From positions 90,001 through 122,000 of the forward strand of contig NJBF01000002.1 in the NCBI GenBank assembly GCA_003144275.1: a stretch of DNA of 32,000 bases, in the 5' to 3' direction. Each line of letters begins with the position of its first letter. Within the stretch, counting starts at the first letter, position 1. Position numbers and translations under genes: made by a program. This DNA is from Candidatus Heimdallarchaeota archaeon B3_Heim. Lineage in GTDB: Archaea > Asgardarchaeota > Heimdallarchaeia > Hodarchaeales > Hodarchaeaceae. Shown piece after piece: positions 1-8,297 of the stretch. The notes beneath the pieces are model-generated. The model saw only the letters and a list, made by a program, of their open reading frames with translations, had not been told where the DNA came from and did no database searches.

Positions 1-372
1 AATGTAGGGAGTTTTCGAGTTAGTGCTCAGTTACCGCGTGTCTTAGATGTCTCAACTCCAACACTTACCCCTCCCGCGTTAGAAGGCTGGGCGAAATTCT
101 GGGATGGATTTCTGTCAGGCATGACGATTGCGGCGATAGGAGCGGCTATTGCTTCGTTCTTTGTTTTTACGTTTCTGAAAGAAAGTTGGTATGGAACCAA
201 AGCGGTTGTTTTGGATAAAGCCGCGGATGATTCTCTCTTTAAACCCCAAAGTTTGGAAAGACATGAGGATAGGTTGCAATCGCGATACTATCGCAACCAA
301 CAAAGTTACCAGAAAAAACGCACTTGGTTACAGAAAATTAAACGAATATTAGGATTTACTGATCATGAATAA
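1..372 (+). CDS. C-terminal part of a membrane-anchored protein (5' truncated by window edge)
   Basis: The frame of ORF 121..372 is open back to base 1 (NVGSFRVSAQLPRVLDVSTPTLTPPALEGWAKFWDGFLSGMTIAAIG...). It shows a Pro/Thr linker, one TM helix and a basic tail. Confidence 0.75.
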   Translation, partial: NVGSFRVSAQLPRVLDVSTPTLTPPALEGWAKFWDGFLSGMTIAAIGAAIASFFVFTFLKESWYGTKAVVLDKAADDSLFKPQSLERHEDRLQSRYYRNQQSYQKKRTWLQKIKRILGFTDHE

Positions 373-592
373 AGAGAATTTCACTTCTGCTGGGGCGCTT
401 ACCAGCGCTATTATTGGCTCTACCCTCTTAGGAGTGTTTTTGGGGTCCCGCTCTGGTGGGATTTATGAATTCGAGATTGGGAACAATTTGCTAACCCTGC
501 TTCAGCTGGTTTCAATGATATTCGCTTTAGCGTTCTGTGGTTATTTTTGGCTGGAAAACAAGAAAATATCAAAAGAGATGAAAACAAAATGA
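365..592 (+). CDS. Small two-helix hydrophobic membrane protein (75 aa)
   Basis: Two hydrophobic segments. Overlaps the upstream stop and is coupled to the next gene by ATGA at 589-592. Confidence 0.75.
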   Translation: MNKENFTSAGALTSAIIGSTLLGVFLGSRSGGIYEFEIGNNLLTLLQLVSMIFALAFCGYFWLENKKISKEMKTK

Positions 593-2115
593 TGCAACAA
601 GAACTATTTACGGACTTAGAGACCTTTTATTATTCTCTTATTGCCATGATCCAGGAAAATGCGGTTCCGTTGATCATTGGATTCGCATTTCTCTGTTATT
701 TTGGGGCCAATCAATGGCGGAAATCACGTGATTCGCAGCTCAGAAATGTGCGTGAGCATTGGAAAGCGATTACCTCCAAAGCAACAAAGATTTCCTCAGC
801 ATTTAAAGGCAGGATTGGACTCGTTGAAACGGCTGGCACCATGGAGCTGGAAGGTGATATCTATCTAATTGATTCCGTGACGAATGATGAGTTAATCGAT
901 TCTGAACGGGTGACAGCGTTACGATTAGAGCTTACACAAGAACAAATTCTCCCCAATCTAGCTGAGAATGAAATTTGTTTTGAGAAATATGAGTTTCGTG
1001 CGCGAAAAGAAAACAAGGACGGCCTTCGGATTGACATCACTAAGGGATCCCTCCAAGAACAACTACAACTACGCTTTAAGGATGAGAAGGAGGAGAAATT
1101 CCGTAAACCTGGTAATTGGGAGTTGAAGGATCGCTGGATTGTCAAAAAATTCACCCGCGTGTTGCCGACCAAAAATGATACGTATGTGTCATTAAGAAAG
1201 ACTCCAAAAGGAGGAGAAATAATTGCATTTCGGCGGCAGGGGATTCAGGAACATGAAACAATTCTCTCTGAAGCGACTCCTCTACCATTAATCGATCTCG
1301 ATCCGAATGTCACCAAGGGGCATCTTCAATTAGCTATGTTTGGATTAATCATCTATGAATTCCTGTTGATGTATACTATTTTTGCGGAACTGGATCCTAC
1401 TTTTCTGCTAGATCGAGCCACCATCCCTTGGTATTTTGTACTAGTGGTCGCGTTTGTAGGAAAATATTGGGTAGACAAAACAAAAATAGCTTATTTTGCG
1501 TATTACCGTGCGTATAGTGGTGCAGAAGAGACCTTCAAGTTGCGTGGTGTCGCAGGCGAGATTTCAACCTACACCACCAAGGTATTTGAAATTGAGTTAC
1601 ATGCCCACCCCGCCATCCCCCTAGCGAATTTACTGAAGTTTAACCCTGAAGATATCAAAGATGAGCGAATATCAGGGTTAGAACAGCGTGTCACCAATCT
1701 TAGTGCCAAGCTTGCCTCTGCCAAGTCGAAACATGATCAGTTATTATCAATTTTACAACATAAGGATCAACAATTAGATCAGTCACGAGAAAAGCATATC
1801 GAAGCATTTGATGATGGAGCCATTTTCGCGTTAACTACTTACCGAGTCAAACAACTAGAGGATGATGGAAAAACTCCGCAAGAATACGTGCAAAAACAAC
1901 AAGGGACTGATACTCTCACGTGGTTCAAAGAAATTAAACCCTTGCTTTTTCTCATTGTCATCGGGGTAGGGGCATTTTTTCTGATTACTAACTTTCTCCA
2001 ATGGTTCCAGGAGATTCAACTAGGTGGCACAGGTGAGATTTTTTCGACTCAATTCATTCTCGGCCTGATTGTCTTATCCATTATCCTATTTTTCCTATTG
2101 CGGTCATCAAAATGA
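589..2115 (+). CDS. Multi-pass membrane protein (about 5 TM) with soluble domain and coiled coil
   Basis: ORF 547..2115; probable start 589 (ATGA overlap). TM segments AVPLIIGFAFLCYFG, LAMFGLIIYEFLLMY, IPWYFVLVVAFVG and two at the C-terminus. Coiled coil LEQRVTNLSAKLASAK. Confidence 0.8.
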   Translation: MMQQELFTDLETFYYSLIAMIQENAVPLIIGFAFLCYFGANQWRKSRDSQLRNVREHWKAITSKATKISSAFKGRIGLVETAGTMELEGDIYLIDSVTNDELIDSERVTALRLELTQEQILPNLAENEICFEKYEFRARKENKDGLRIDITKGSLQEQLQLRFKDEKEEKFRKPGNWELKDRWIVKKFTRVLPTKNDTYVSLRKTPKGGEIIAFRRQGIQEHETILSEATPLPLIDLDPNVTKGHLQLAMFGLIIYEFLLMYTIFAELDPTFLLDRATIPWYFVLVVAFVGKYWVDKTKIAYFAYYRAYSGAEETFKLRGVAGEISTYTTKVFEIELHAHPAIPLANLLKFNPEDIKDERISGLEQRVTNLSAKLASAKSKHDQLLSILQHKDQQLDQSREKHIEAFDDGAIFALTTYRVKQLEDDGKTPQEYVQKQQGTDTLTWFKEIKPLLFLIVIGVGAFFLITNFLQWFQEIQLGGTGEIFSTQFILGLIVLSIILFFLLRSSK

Positions 2116-2140
2116 AAAGGATGGTATAACAAGGAGTTAA

Positions 2141-2668
2141 ATGAATAAAATGATGCGACAAGATACGTTAGCCGAATTACAGGCTTGGGCGAAAGCTGCG
2201 AAAGCTGCTGGTGAGGATATTGCACGTTCTAAAGAGGAACTCAAGCGGATCATAGACATGCTTGTCTATGACCTCATAGATGATCCCAACGAGAAGGATG
2301 AAAAGGGGAACCCCATTATTCGCGAAGTCACGGTCCAGGATATTTTCTCACATCTACTTTTGTTAGTGATGCAGGACGAGAAGTTTCGTAAAGGGGTGCC
2401 CTCAGGGCTCATTCAGAAGAATATTACCATGATCGGAATCACCCGCCGGTTTGAAAAACGGAGTTTACGGTTTTCATTTGAATTCTTGAAAGATTGTTTG
2501 AAACAAGAAATGGCTCCAATTCTGCACAAAGCATATCCTGCGTGGTCTAGTCTCACTGGTGGCGCTCAAGGACACATGGTTACCGCACTTGTGCAAAAAT
2601 CCAAAGATATCCACCGAACACCCGAGGAAGAAAATCTTCGTGCGATGTTTAAACAACCCACGGATTAA
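2141..2668 (+). CDS. Hypothetical alpha-helical protein (175 aa)
   Basis: AAGGAG RBS upstream; lies within the operon. Confidence 0.75.
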   Translation: MNKMMRQDTLAELQAWAKAAKAAGEDIARSKEELKRIIDMLVYDLIDDPNEKDEKGNPIIREVTVQDIFSHLLLLVMQDEKFRKGVPSGLIQKNITMIGITRRFEKRSLRFSFEFLKDCLKQEMAPILHKAYPAWSSLTGGAQGHMVTALVQKSKDIHRTPEEENLRAMFKQPTD

Positions 2669-2685
2669 AATAAGGTTCAAAACCC

Positions 2686-4554
2686 ATGACCGAGGCAATT
2701 ACTCAAGCGGAATTAGAGAAGGTCAGCGAGGGAGAACGAGGTGCTTATTGGACCCGTCCATTCATGCTTTTAGAGAATGATCTAATCATCCAAGAAGAAA
2801 AGAAAAAAGTCAAGCTCCGCACCGAGGGAAAACTATGGCGGAGAAATCTTACTCCTGCTCTTCTGGCTGAAGTAAATCAAGCGTATGAAAAAGGACTTAA
2901 TACAATTATTCCCTTGTCGGGACTTCCTGGGCTAGGGAAGACGGAAAGTGCTCGAGCATTAGCTGTTTTTTGTCGTGATGCTGCCGAGGAGGCTTTTGGG
3001 AGATCTAGGATTTGGTGGAATTTTGGGTTTCAAGAAACCGTGAATAACGCGGTTGACTATCAAGAGGGAGATATTGTCGAACAAGATGAAGAACAACGTG
3101 CGCAAGGGATGGATTCCAAAAGTCTTATCATTGCTATTTCAGATCTTCAGGAAATTGCATTTCGAAAGAATAAAATCACCTATATTGTGTCATCTGTGCA
3201 TGCTAAATTAGTGCGTGGAGTGGCTCATGTTATTCTTGAGGCATGGGGGGGCAATTATGAATCCAGAATTTGTTTACTAAAAGTTTATTCTGCGATAACA
3301 GGTCTTCCTCTGGGTTTTGTGAAAATTCCTCTTTTACCTGCTGATCATCCTGCGGTCATCGAACATCAAAAAAAAGAAACGACATTCAAAACAGGCATCC
3401 TAAGTCGCCATGGGTATACTTCTGTTAAAATCGATCAAAAACGCTTTCAGAGAGATATTCAAACACTCACAAAGCAAATCTTTGGGAAACATCCTGTAGA
3501 ATACTCCGATTTATCTGCTTTTGAAAAGCGCCGTATACATAGATACCAGGTTGAGAGACTCAAAACAGATCTAGTAAGAGCGGAAATAGCCGGATCTGAA
3601 CAATATCAAAAACGGGTATTGACTGAGGTATGGGCCCAAATTTTAGATTTCAAAGATTCATACAAAGATATCCTAGAACTAGCCAAAGTCGAAGACAAGC
3701 TGCAGAAAGAGGAAGAGAAACAAATGCAACACGAGGAAGAATTACAGATCATTCAAGCCCAGCGTGAAAACCTTATTCCTGAATTAGTCGAGGCGTGTGC
3801 TAACAAATATCTCCATCAAAAAACCAAGAATGTCCAAATACGGATCTTTTTTGAAGAGCGAGGTATTCATAAAGACAATTTAAACTACTGTTTGGCCAAG
3901 ACGTGGGATAGAATAATAGAGTTAGAAAATTCATTCACGGCCTCTATAGGACAGACAGGCAGACAGGCATTACAAAATGAAAACCTAGCATTCACTCTCA
4001 AGAAAAAGATCGAAGACCCTGATTTCATTAATTCCATGATTCAATGCTTTCCTCATACGACAACGAGAATTAAGACCAAGAAATTACAGGAAAAACACTT
4101 TGAAGCCTGGGTGTGGTATTACAGAGATCATACTTCAGTCGATATGTTGAAGGATCAATGGGGAATGAAATCCAAATCCACATTCACTAATACCTATGAT
4201 CAGGGAGGTTGGTTTGCTGTTGTAAAGGAAGAAATTCTTGGCCATCTAGTCGAAGACACGCTTGTAGAAACATATTATGACGGATTTCAAGTCATAGGGG
4301 GCAATACTCAACCTGATTTAGTGAAAGCTGATATCCAGGTCGAAGTTAAAGCTCGGACCCGGAGAGAACCTCCCAAAACAGACATGTTTAATCAAAATGA
4401 ACTTCAGCATGTGAAAAATGGAGGAAACTTAGAACTCTGTCTCGTCTCATTTCAACCTGGACAATGTGTGTTAGAAATATATGCCATTACTGAGATTCCA
4501 AAAGAGGACCTACCGGTCGATGACAAAAAAACGAACGTATCGGATAAAACCTGA
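2686..4554 (+). CDS. P-loop ATPase fused to C-terminal PD-(D/E)XK nuclease domain
   Basis: Walker A IIPLSGLPGLGKT; Walker B-like DIVEQDEEQ; FRKNKITYIVSS segment; central coiled coil; C-terminal QPDLVKADIQVEVK motif. Confidence 0.75.
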   Translation: MTEAITQAELEKVSEGERGAYWTRPFMLLENDLIIQEEKKKVKLRTEGKLWRRNLTPALLAEVNQAYEKGLNTIIPLSGLPGLGKTESARALAVFCRDAAEEAFGRSRIWWNFGFQETVNNAVDYQEGDIVEQDEEQRAQGMDSKSLIIAISDLQEIAFRKNKITYIVSSVHAKLVRGVAHVILEAWGGNYESRICLLKVYSAITGLPLGFVKIPLLPADHPAVIEHQKKETTFKTGILSRHGYTSVKIDQKRFQRDIQTLTKQIFGKHPVEYSDLSAFEKRRIHRYQVERLKTDLVRAEIAGSEQYQKRVLTEVWAQILDFKDSYKDILELAKVEDKLQKEEEKQMQHEEELQIIQAQRENLIPELVEACANKYLHQKTKNVQIRIFFEERGIHKDNLNYCLAKTWDRIIELENSFTASIGQTGRQALQNENLAFTLKKKIEDPDFINSMIQCFPHTTTRIKTKKLQEKHFEAWVWYYRDHTSVDMLKDQWGMKSKSTFTNTYDQGGWFAVVKEEILGHLVEDTLVETYYDGFQVIGGNTQPDLVKADIQVEVKARTRREPPKTDMFNQNELQHVKNGGNLELCLVSFQPGQCVLEIYAITEIPKEDLPVDDKKTNVSDKT

Positions 4555-4774
4555 AGAGGAAGAGAGATGCCAAAGGAGATATTATGCTTCTATTAAAGCC
4601 AAAGTCCAACATTCCGATACGGGACGCATTACACGTCTAACCTGGCATTTATGTGAATTACATTATTTTCTTTTTTTGAGAGACCAAGGCCAAGGGTATT
4701 ATACGTGGTATCCTAAACATCCTTACAAGAAGGCCTTTGCGATTGATTATCAAATATTAGGAGATATACATTAA
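4520..4774 (+). CDS. Small basic hypothetical protein, possible Zn-binding (C...LCELH)
   Basis: ORF 4481..4774; probable start MTKKR at 4520, overlapping the end of the ATPase gene. Confidence 0.5.
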   Translation: MTKKRTYRIKPEEEERCQRRYYASIKAKVQHSDTGRITRLTWHLCELHYFLFLRDQGQGYYTWYPKHPYKKAFAIDYQILGDIH

Positions 4775-5003
4775 TCACACTCTAATACAGGCATCTCCAG
4801 TTTTTTTTCGCCAATCAGGGCAGATACTTTAGCTGTCCAACCTCTTCCGAATGCTCGCTCTTTACTCTTTTTATATGTCCAATCATTCTTTTTTGTGGGT
4901 CCCATGCGCCAACAACTAGTCAGCCACTCTGTTCATCCCTGTTCCTCCATTTTTTTCGGAACATACCTGGGTTAGTGGGTGGGGTTGGACAATTAAAAAG
5001 CAA

Positions 5004-5056
5004 GACATCGAGAAACAAACGAATAAACAGAATGTCCTACTACGAGGACATTTTCT
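5004..5056 (+). repeat. Dispersed repeat C, copy 1 (GACATCGAGAAACAA-N3-AATAAACAGAATG + hairpin)
   Basis: Near-identical to 10982-11034. Hairpin AATGTCCT-actacg-AGGACATT at 5031-5052. Confidence 0.8.
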
Positions 5057-5088
5057 TGAAAATCAAGTCATAGGACTTGATTCTCTTC

Positions 5089-5143
5089 TTATCTTCCAAT
5101 ATTTCGGAAGATAAATTGTATCTTCCAGTATTAAGGAAGATAA
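5089..5143. repeat. Two tandem 26-bp palindromes (TATCTTCC-N8-GGAAGATA), 29-bp period
   Basis: TTATCTTCC-aatatttc-GGAAGATAA at 5089-5114 and gTATCTTCC-agtattaa-GGAAGATAa at 5118-5143. Confidence 0.85.
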
Positions 5144-5365
5144 CCTTTTCTTAGAATAAACTGGAAAAAGAATCTAAGGGGAGTTTACCCGAATACTTAG
5201 ATACTCGGGGAGGAAAAATCGTTGAGTTTTGCACCCTTAAATCGATGAAATTTATTTTAAATAATTTTATTGTGCCACAATATTTTTCTGATCCCCTGGG
5301 AATCAGAAATTATTTTTCTCGGTTAAATTGATCGTGTCAATTTTCTATTTCTTTTTCCAGCTCCA

Positions 5366-5797
5366 TTATCTCTTCCGAAAATATTTACGAGTTTGATGCC
5401 TAAGAAAGAAAACATAACCTAAGATCATTAAACCACAAATAAATGCGGTTATCATCCCTTCTTCATAAAAGTCTTGTTCAAGAATGAGCGCAGAAACGAA
5501 AAATAACAAACCTATGAATATAAAGGGTACCAAGACAAGATTAACTCCTCCGATTTTTACAGCTAAGGTTTTATTTCCAACATATAATAGGAAATAAAAA
5601 CCACAGATATTTATCAAACAAAAAACGCTTAATATAAAGAAGCCTATCGACAAAAAAAGAAACCTCGGTGTTAAGGATTCTCTATCAAGAAAATCCCACA
5701 TAATTTGCATAACCAAGGCAAGAATCAAACCTAAAAATACTTGGTAGTTTTCTAATAGTTTTAATCGTCGTTCTAAATTAGGATATCCATTATTCAT
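5366..5797 (-). CDS. Four-TM membrane protein (143 aa)
   Basis: Four hydrophobic helices; last gene of the minus-strand ATPase/TOPRIM unit. Confidence 0.7.
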   Translation of the reverse strand: MNNGYPNLERRLKLLENYQVFLGLILALVMQIMWDFLDRESLTPRFLFLSIGFFILSVFCLINICGFYFLLYVGNKTLAVKIGGVNLVLVPFIFIGLLFFVSALILEQDFYEEGMITAFICGLMILGYVFFLRHQTRKYFRKR

Positions 5798-5898
5798 GAT
5801 ATTTTCCCAATCCTTATATTAAACTCAATGCGTTTAAATCTCCCCTCTAAGGTTGTTTTTAGCTCTAATATTCACTCTTCGTTCTCAAAATTTATTTT

Positions 5899-6420
5899 TT
5901 AGATGTATTTATTCATAAAATACCGAAAAGAAGAATTTTTTCGTTTTGCTATCTCTATTGCGTATCTCTTAAGTATCTCTACCATGAAATCTATTCTAGA
6001 ATCGAATTTTGATGGGATAATCTCATTAAAATGTTCTTTACATAAAGAATTAGTTTCGCCATAATTTGGAATATCCAGATCTTTACTGCTTTGAGGATCT
6101 AATCCTGCAAGATACCAACTCTCGATCTCCATAATAACTACTGATATTCGATCCTCGACAATACATTCATATATTTTTTTTAATGCTTCCTTTTTTTTGG
6201 GAAAACAAGGATTAACATCAATATCTGACAGGAATATATAATGAGAAGACAATTCATCGATGCTCTTCAAAAACTTCTTAATAAATTTCTTCCTCAATTG
6301 ACTATATTTGATTATTTCAATAGAATCAAATTTTTCCGTTAAAATTGGCCTTAATATAATATTGAAAAACCTTTCATCATCATTACCTTCTAGAAAGATG
6401 AAAAGCTTTTCATTCTGCAT
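5899..6420 (-). CDS. TOPRIM-like nuclease partner of ABC ATPase (DUF4435/DUF4276-like)
   Basis: LFIFLEGNDDERFF TOPRIM-type motif and EIESWYLAG. Probable start MQNEK at 6420 with GGGGTGA RBS, 5 bp after the ATPase stop. Confidence 0.7.
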   Translation of the reverse strand: MQNEKLFIFLEGNDDERFFNIILRPILTEKFDSIEIIKYSQLRKKFIKKFLKSIDELSSHYIFLSDIDVNPCFPKKKEALKKIYECIVEDRISVVIMEIESWYLAGLDPQSSKDLDIPNYGETNSLCKEHFNEIIPSKFDSRIDFMVEILKRYAIEIAKRKNSSFRYFMNKYI

Positions 6421-6424
6421 AAAT

Positions 6425-7723
6425 TCACCCCAGAAGATTTTGTACGAAAAGTTCTTCAATTCCTATTTCGTTTTTCAAAAATATTTTTACTTCTTCTTTC
6501 TCCTGGGGTTTTTTAATAATTGAAAATCCTTCTTCATCTCTTGCTATTAATAATATGCTATTTAAGTCGGCATTTCTCACTAATTCTGGATTATGTGATG
6601 TGATAATTATTTGTTTCTTTTCTGATGCCTCTCTTATGATATTTAGTATCTTAGAAATTAGGAACGGATGAATATTTCTCTCTGGTTCCTCAATGATTAT
6701 AAAGGGTTTTTCATCAAAAATTAAAGCAACAATTAATGCAGTTATATTTATTGTACCATCCGACATTAAAGATGCAGGAAAATAATGATCAACCGAGTAT
6801 TTTTCACAGTATTTTGACATCAAATATTTATCAGCAAACTTTTCAACTTGATAATTTTTAATAAATGGTAATAGATCTGTGATCAGATTAATAAATTTCC
6901 GTTCTTTTTCTTTATCTTGTAGAATATTGTTCAAGACAATAGCTAAATTACTCCCATTTGGCTCTAATTCTCTTTTACCTGTAAAGGGAACTGCATTTTT
7001 AGGTAATTTTGGATCAAAATCATAAATAGAGATACTTCGAAATAGTTTATCCAAATTGGCAAACCCTCGAAAAATATGGGGATTTTCTATTAGAAGACTC
7101 TGAAACGGAACCTCCCCTTGTAACATTTCTTTTTCAAGACCAGCAATACTGATTATTCCTACCCTCGACCGAATTTCTTCTTCATTAATAATTAATTCAT
7201 AAGATAATTTTCCCTTTCTTTGGAATAGAATCAATTCACATGAACCAATTGGTTTCTCTTCCTGAAGTGTGAAACCCTCTTCTTCATCTTTAGGCTTAAA
7301 TATCAATTCATTGAGTCTGCAGTTCAATGTTAAACTATCTTTAACAATACTAAAATCTCCATTTTTTCCGTTGAAACCTAAAGAAAATTCATAGTCAAAT
7401 TCGGACGCTTCTAGTCCATAATAATTAACATCTTCGGTGTTTTCACTTCTACCAAAGGTTCTAAAGGCGAATTCACCAGTAATTCTAATGTTTAGGTTCT
7501 CTGATGAACCAATTTTAATATTTCTGACGAATTCAACATCCCCTTGCATAGATAGAGCATTACACAACCCAAAATTTGCTATGTCGCTTAAAAATTTAAA
7601 AATTTGTATGAAATTTGATTTTCCAGAAGCATTCGCCCCAATTACAACTGAAATATCTTCAAGATCAACTTTTACATCCTTAAAGCTCTTAAAATTTGTA
7701 ACTCTGATTTTCTTAATTTTCAA
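6425..7723 (-). CDS. ABC-type/AAA_21-like ATPase of OLD/PARIS-type defence modules
   Basis: IRVTNFKSF start; Walker A GANASGKS; signature-like LMSDGT; Walker B IIIEEPERNIHP; H-loop IITSHN; TTG start. Confidence 0.88.
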   Translation of the reverse strand: MKIKKIRVTNFKSFKDVKVDLEDISVVIGANASGKSNFIQIFKFLSDIANFGLCNALSMQGDVEFVRNIKIGSSENLNIRITGEFAFRTFGRSENTEDVNYYGLEASEFDYEFSLGFNGKNGDFSIVKDSLTLNCRLNELIFKPKDEEEGFTLQEEKPIGSCELILFQRKGKLSYELIINEEEIRSRVGIISIAGLEKEMLQGEVPFQSLLIENPHIFRGFANLDKLFRSISIYDFDPKLPKNAVPFTGKRELEPNGSNLAIVLNNILQDKEKERKFINLITDLLPFIKNYQVEKFADKYLMSKYCEKYSVDHYFPASLMSDGTINITALIVALIFDEKPFIIIEEPERNIHPFLISKILNIIREASEKKQIIITSHNPELVRNADLNSILLIARDEEGFSIIKKPQEKEEVKIFLKNEIGIEELFVQNLLG

Positions 7724-7918
7724 AGTAGATTCTCCAACTAATATTATATAACTAGAAATTTAAAATACCCAAACATCCAACTCTGTTAACTGAAAGGTAG
7801 ACTTCAATATTCTAATTAGAAAATTACTTCTTATAAATTTTCATTAGAATTTATTTCTTTATGATGCAAAATTAAAATTCCCACTATAATCTTATTAGCA
7901 AGTGTTACCAAGTGGTTT

Positions 7919-7959
7919 TCTGAGTATTTCGCAAAATGAGCCTTTTACGACGTTTTTTT
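7919..7959 (+). repeat. Dispersed repeat B, copy 1
   Basis: TCTGAGTATTTCG-CAAAATGAGCCTTTTACGACGTTTTT aligns with 22920-22959. Confidence 0.7.
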
Positions 7960-7995
7960 ATTCGATTTTATATGAGGGAAGTTAACCTTTTCTAC

Positions 7996-8295
7996 CTAAG
8001 GTAGATGACCATTTGCTTGTAAATCGACCAAATATTGCGAAAGAGTATAAGGACAATCTAAAAACTCGTTAAATTGATTCCCACCATCCATTTTCAGATC
8101 TCTTGCCATTAACTTCCTCAATTTTCCTGAAATACTTCCTTTCCTTGTATGACTAATCTTAGTTCGGATATGAGTAATCTTACCATTTACGACTAATTCA
8201 AAGATCCTATGATTCTTACGTCCCTTTTTTTCTCGAAATCCTTTTCTGTTAAGAGCACGACTAGCTTGAGTATTAGTGTAGGTTTTAGGTGTCAT
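7996..8295 (-). CDS. HicA-like (dsRBD-fold) mRNA interferase toxin
   Basis: Basic 99 aa; ALNRKGF...KNHRIFEL...TKISH pattern typical of HicA-like toxins. Directly downstream of a gene with a HicB-like domain. Confidence 0.65.
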   Translation of the reverse strand: MTPKTYTNTQASRALNRKGFREKKGRKNHRIFELVVNGKITHIRTKISHTRKGSISGKLRKLMARDLKMDGGNQFNEFLDCPYTLSQYLVDLQANGHLP

Positions 8296-8297
8296 TT

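Noticed and set aside
2674-2685. GGTTCAAAACCC resembling a tRNA T-loop (possible att remnant)
   Set aside because: No T-stem, acceptor stem or cloverleaf; it sits in a 17-bp intergenic gap.
5089-5143. Tandem palindromes as a mini-CRISPR array (also 25821-25875)
   Set aside because: Only two units with 3-bp gaps, no spacers and no cas genes.
7900-7995. Integron attC interpretation of repeats A, B and C
   Set aside because: No RYYYAAC...GTTRRRY core with the expected paired L boxes downstream of the gene ends, and no integrase in the window.
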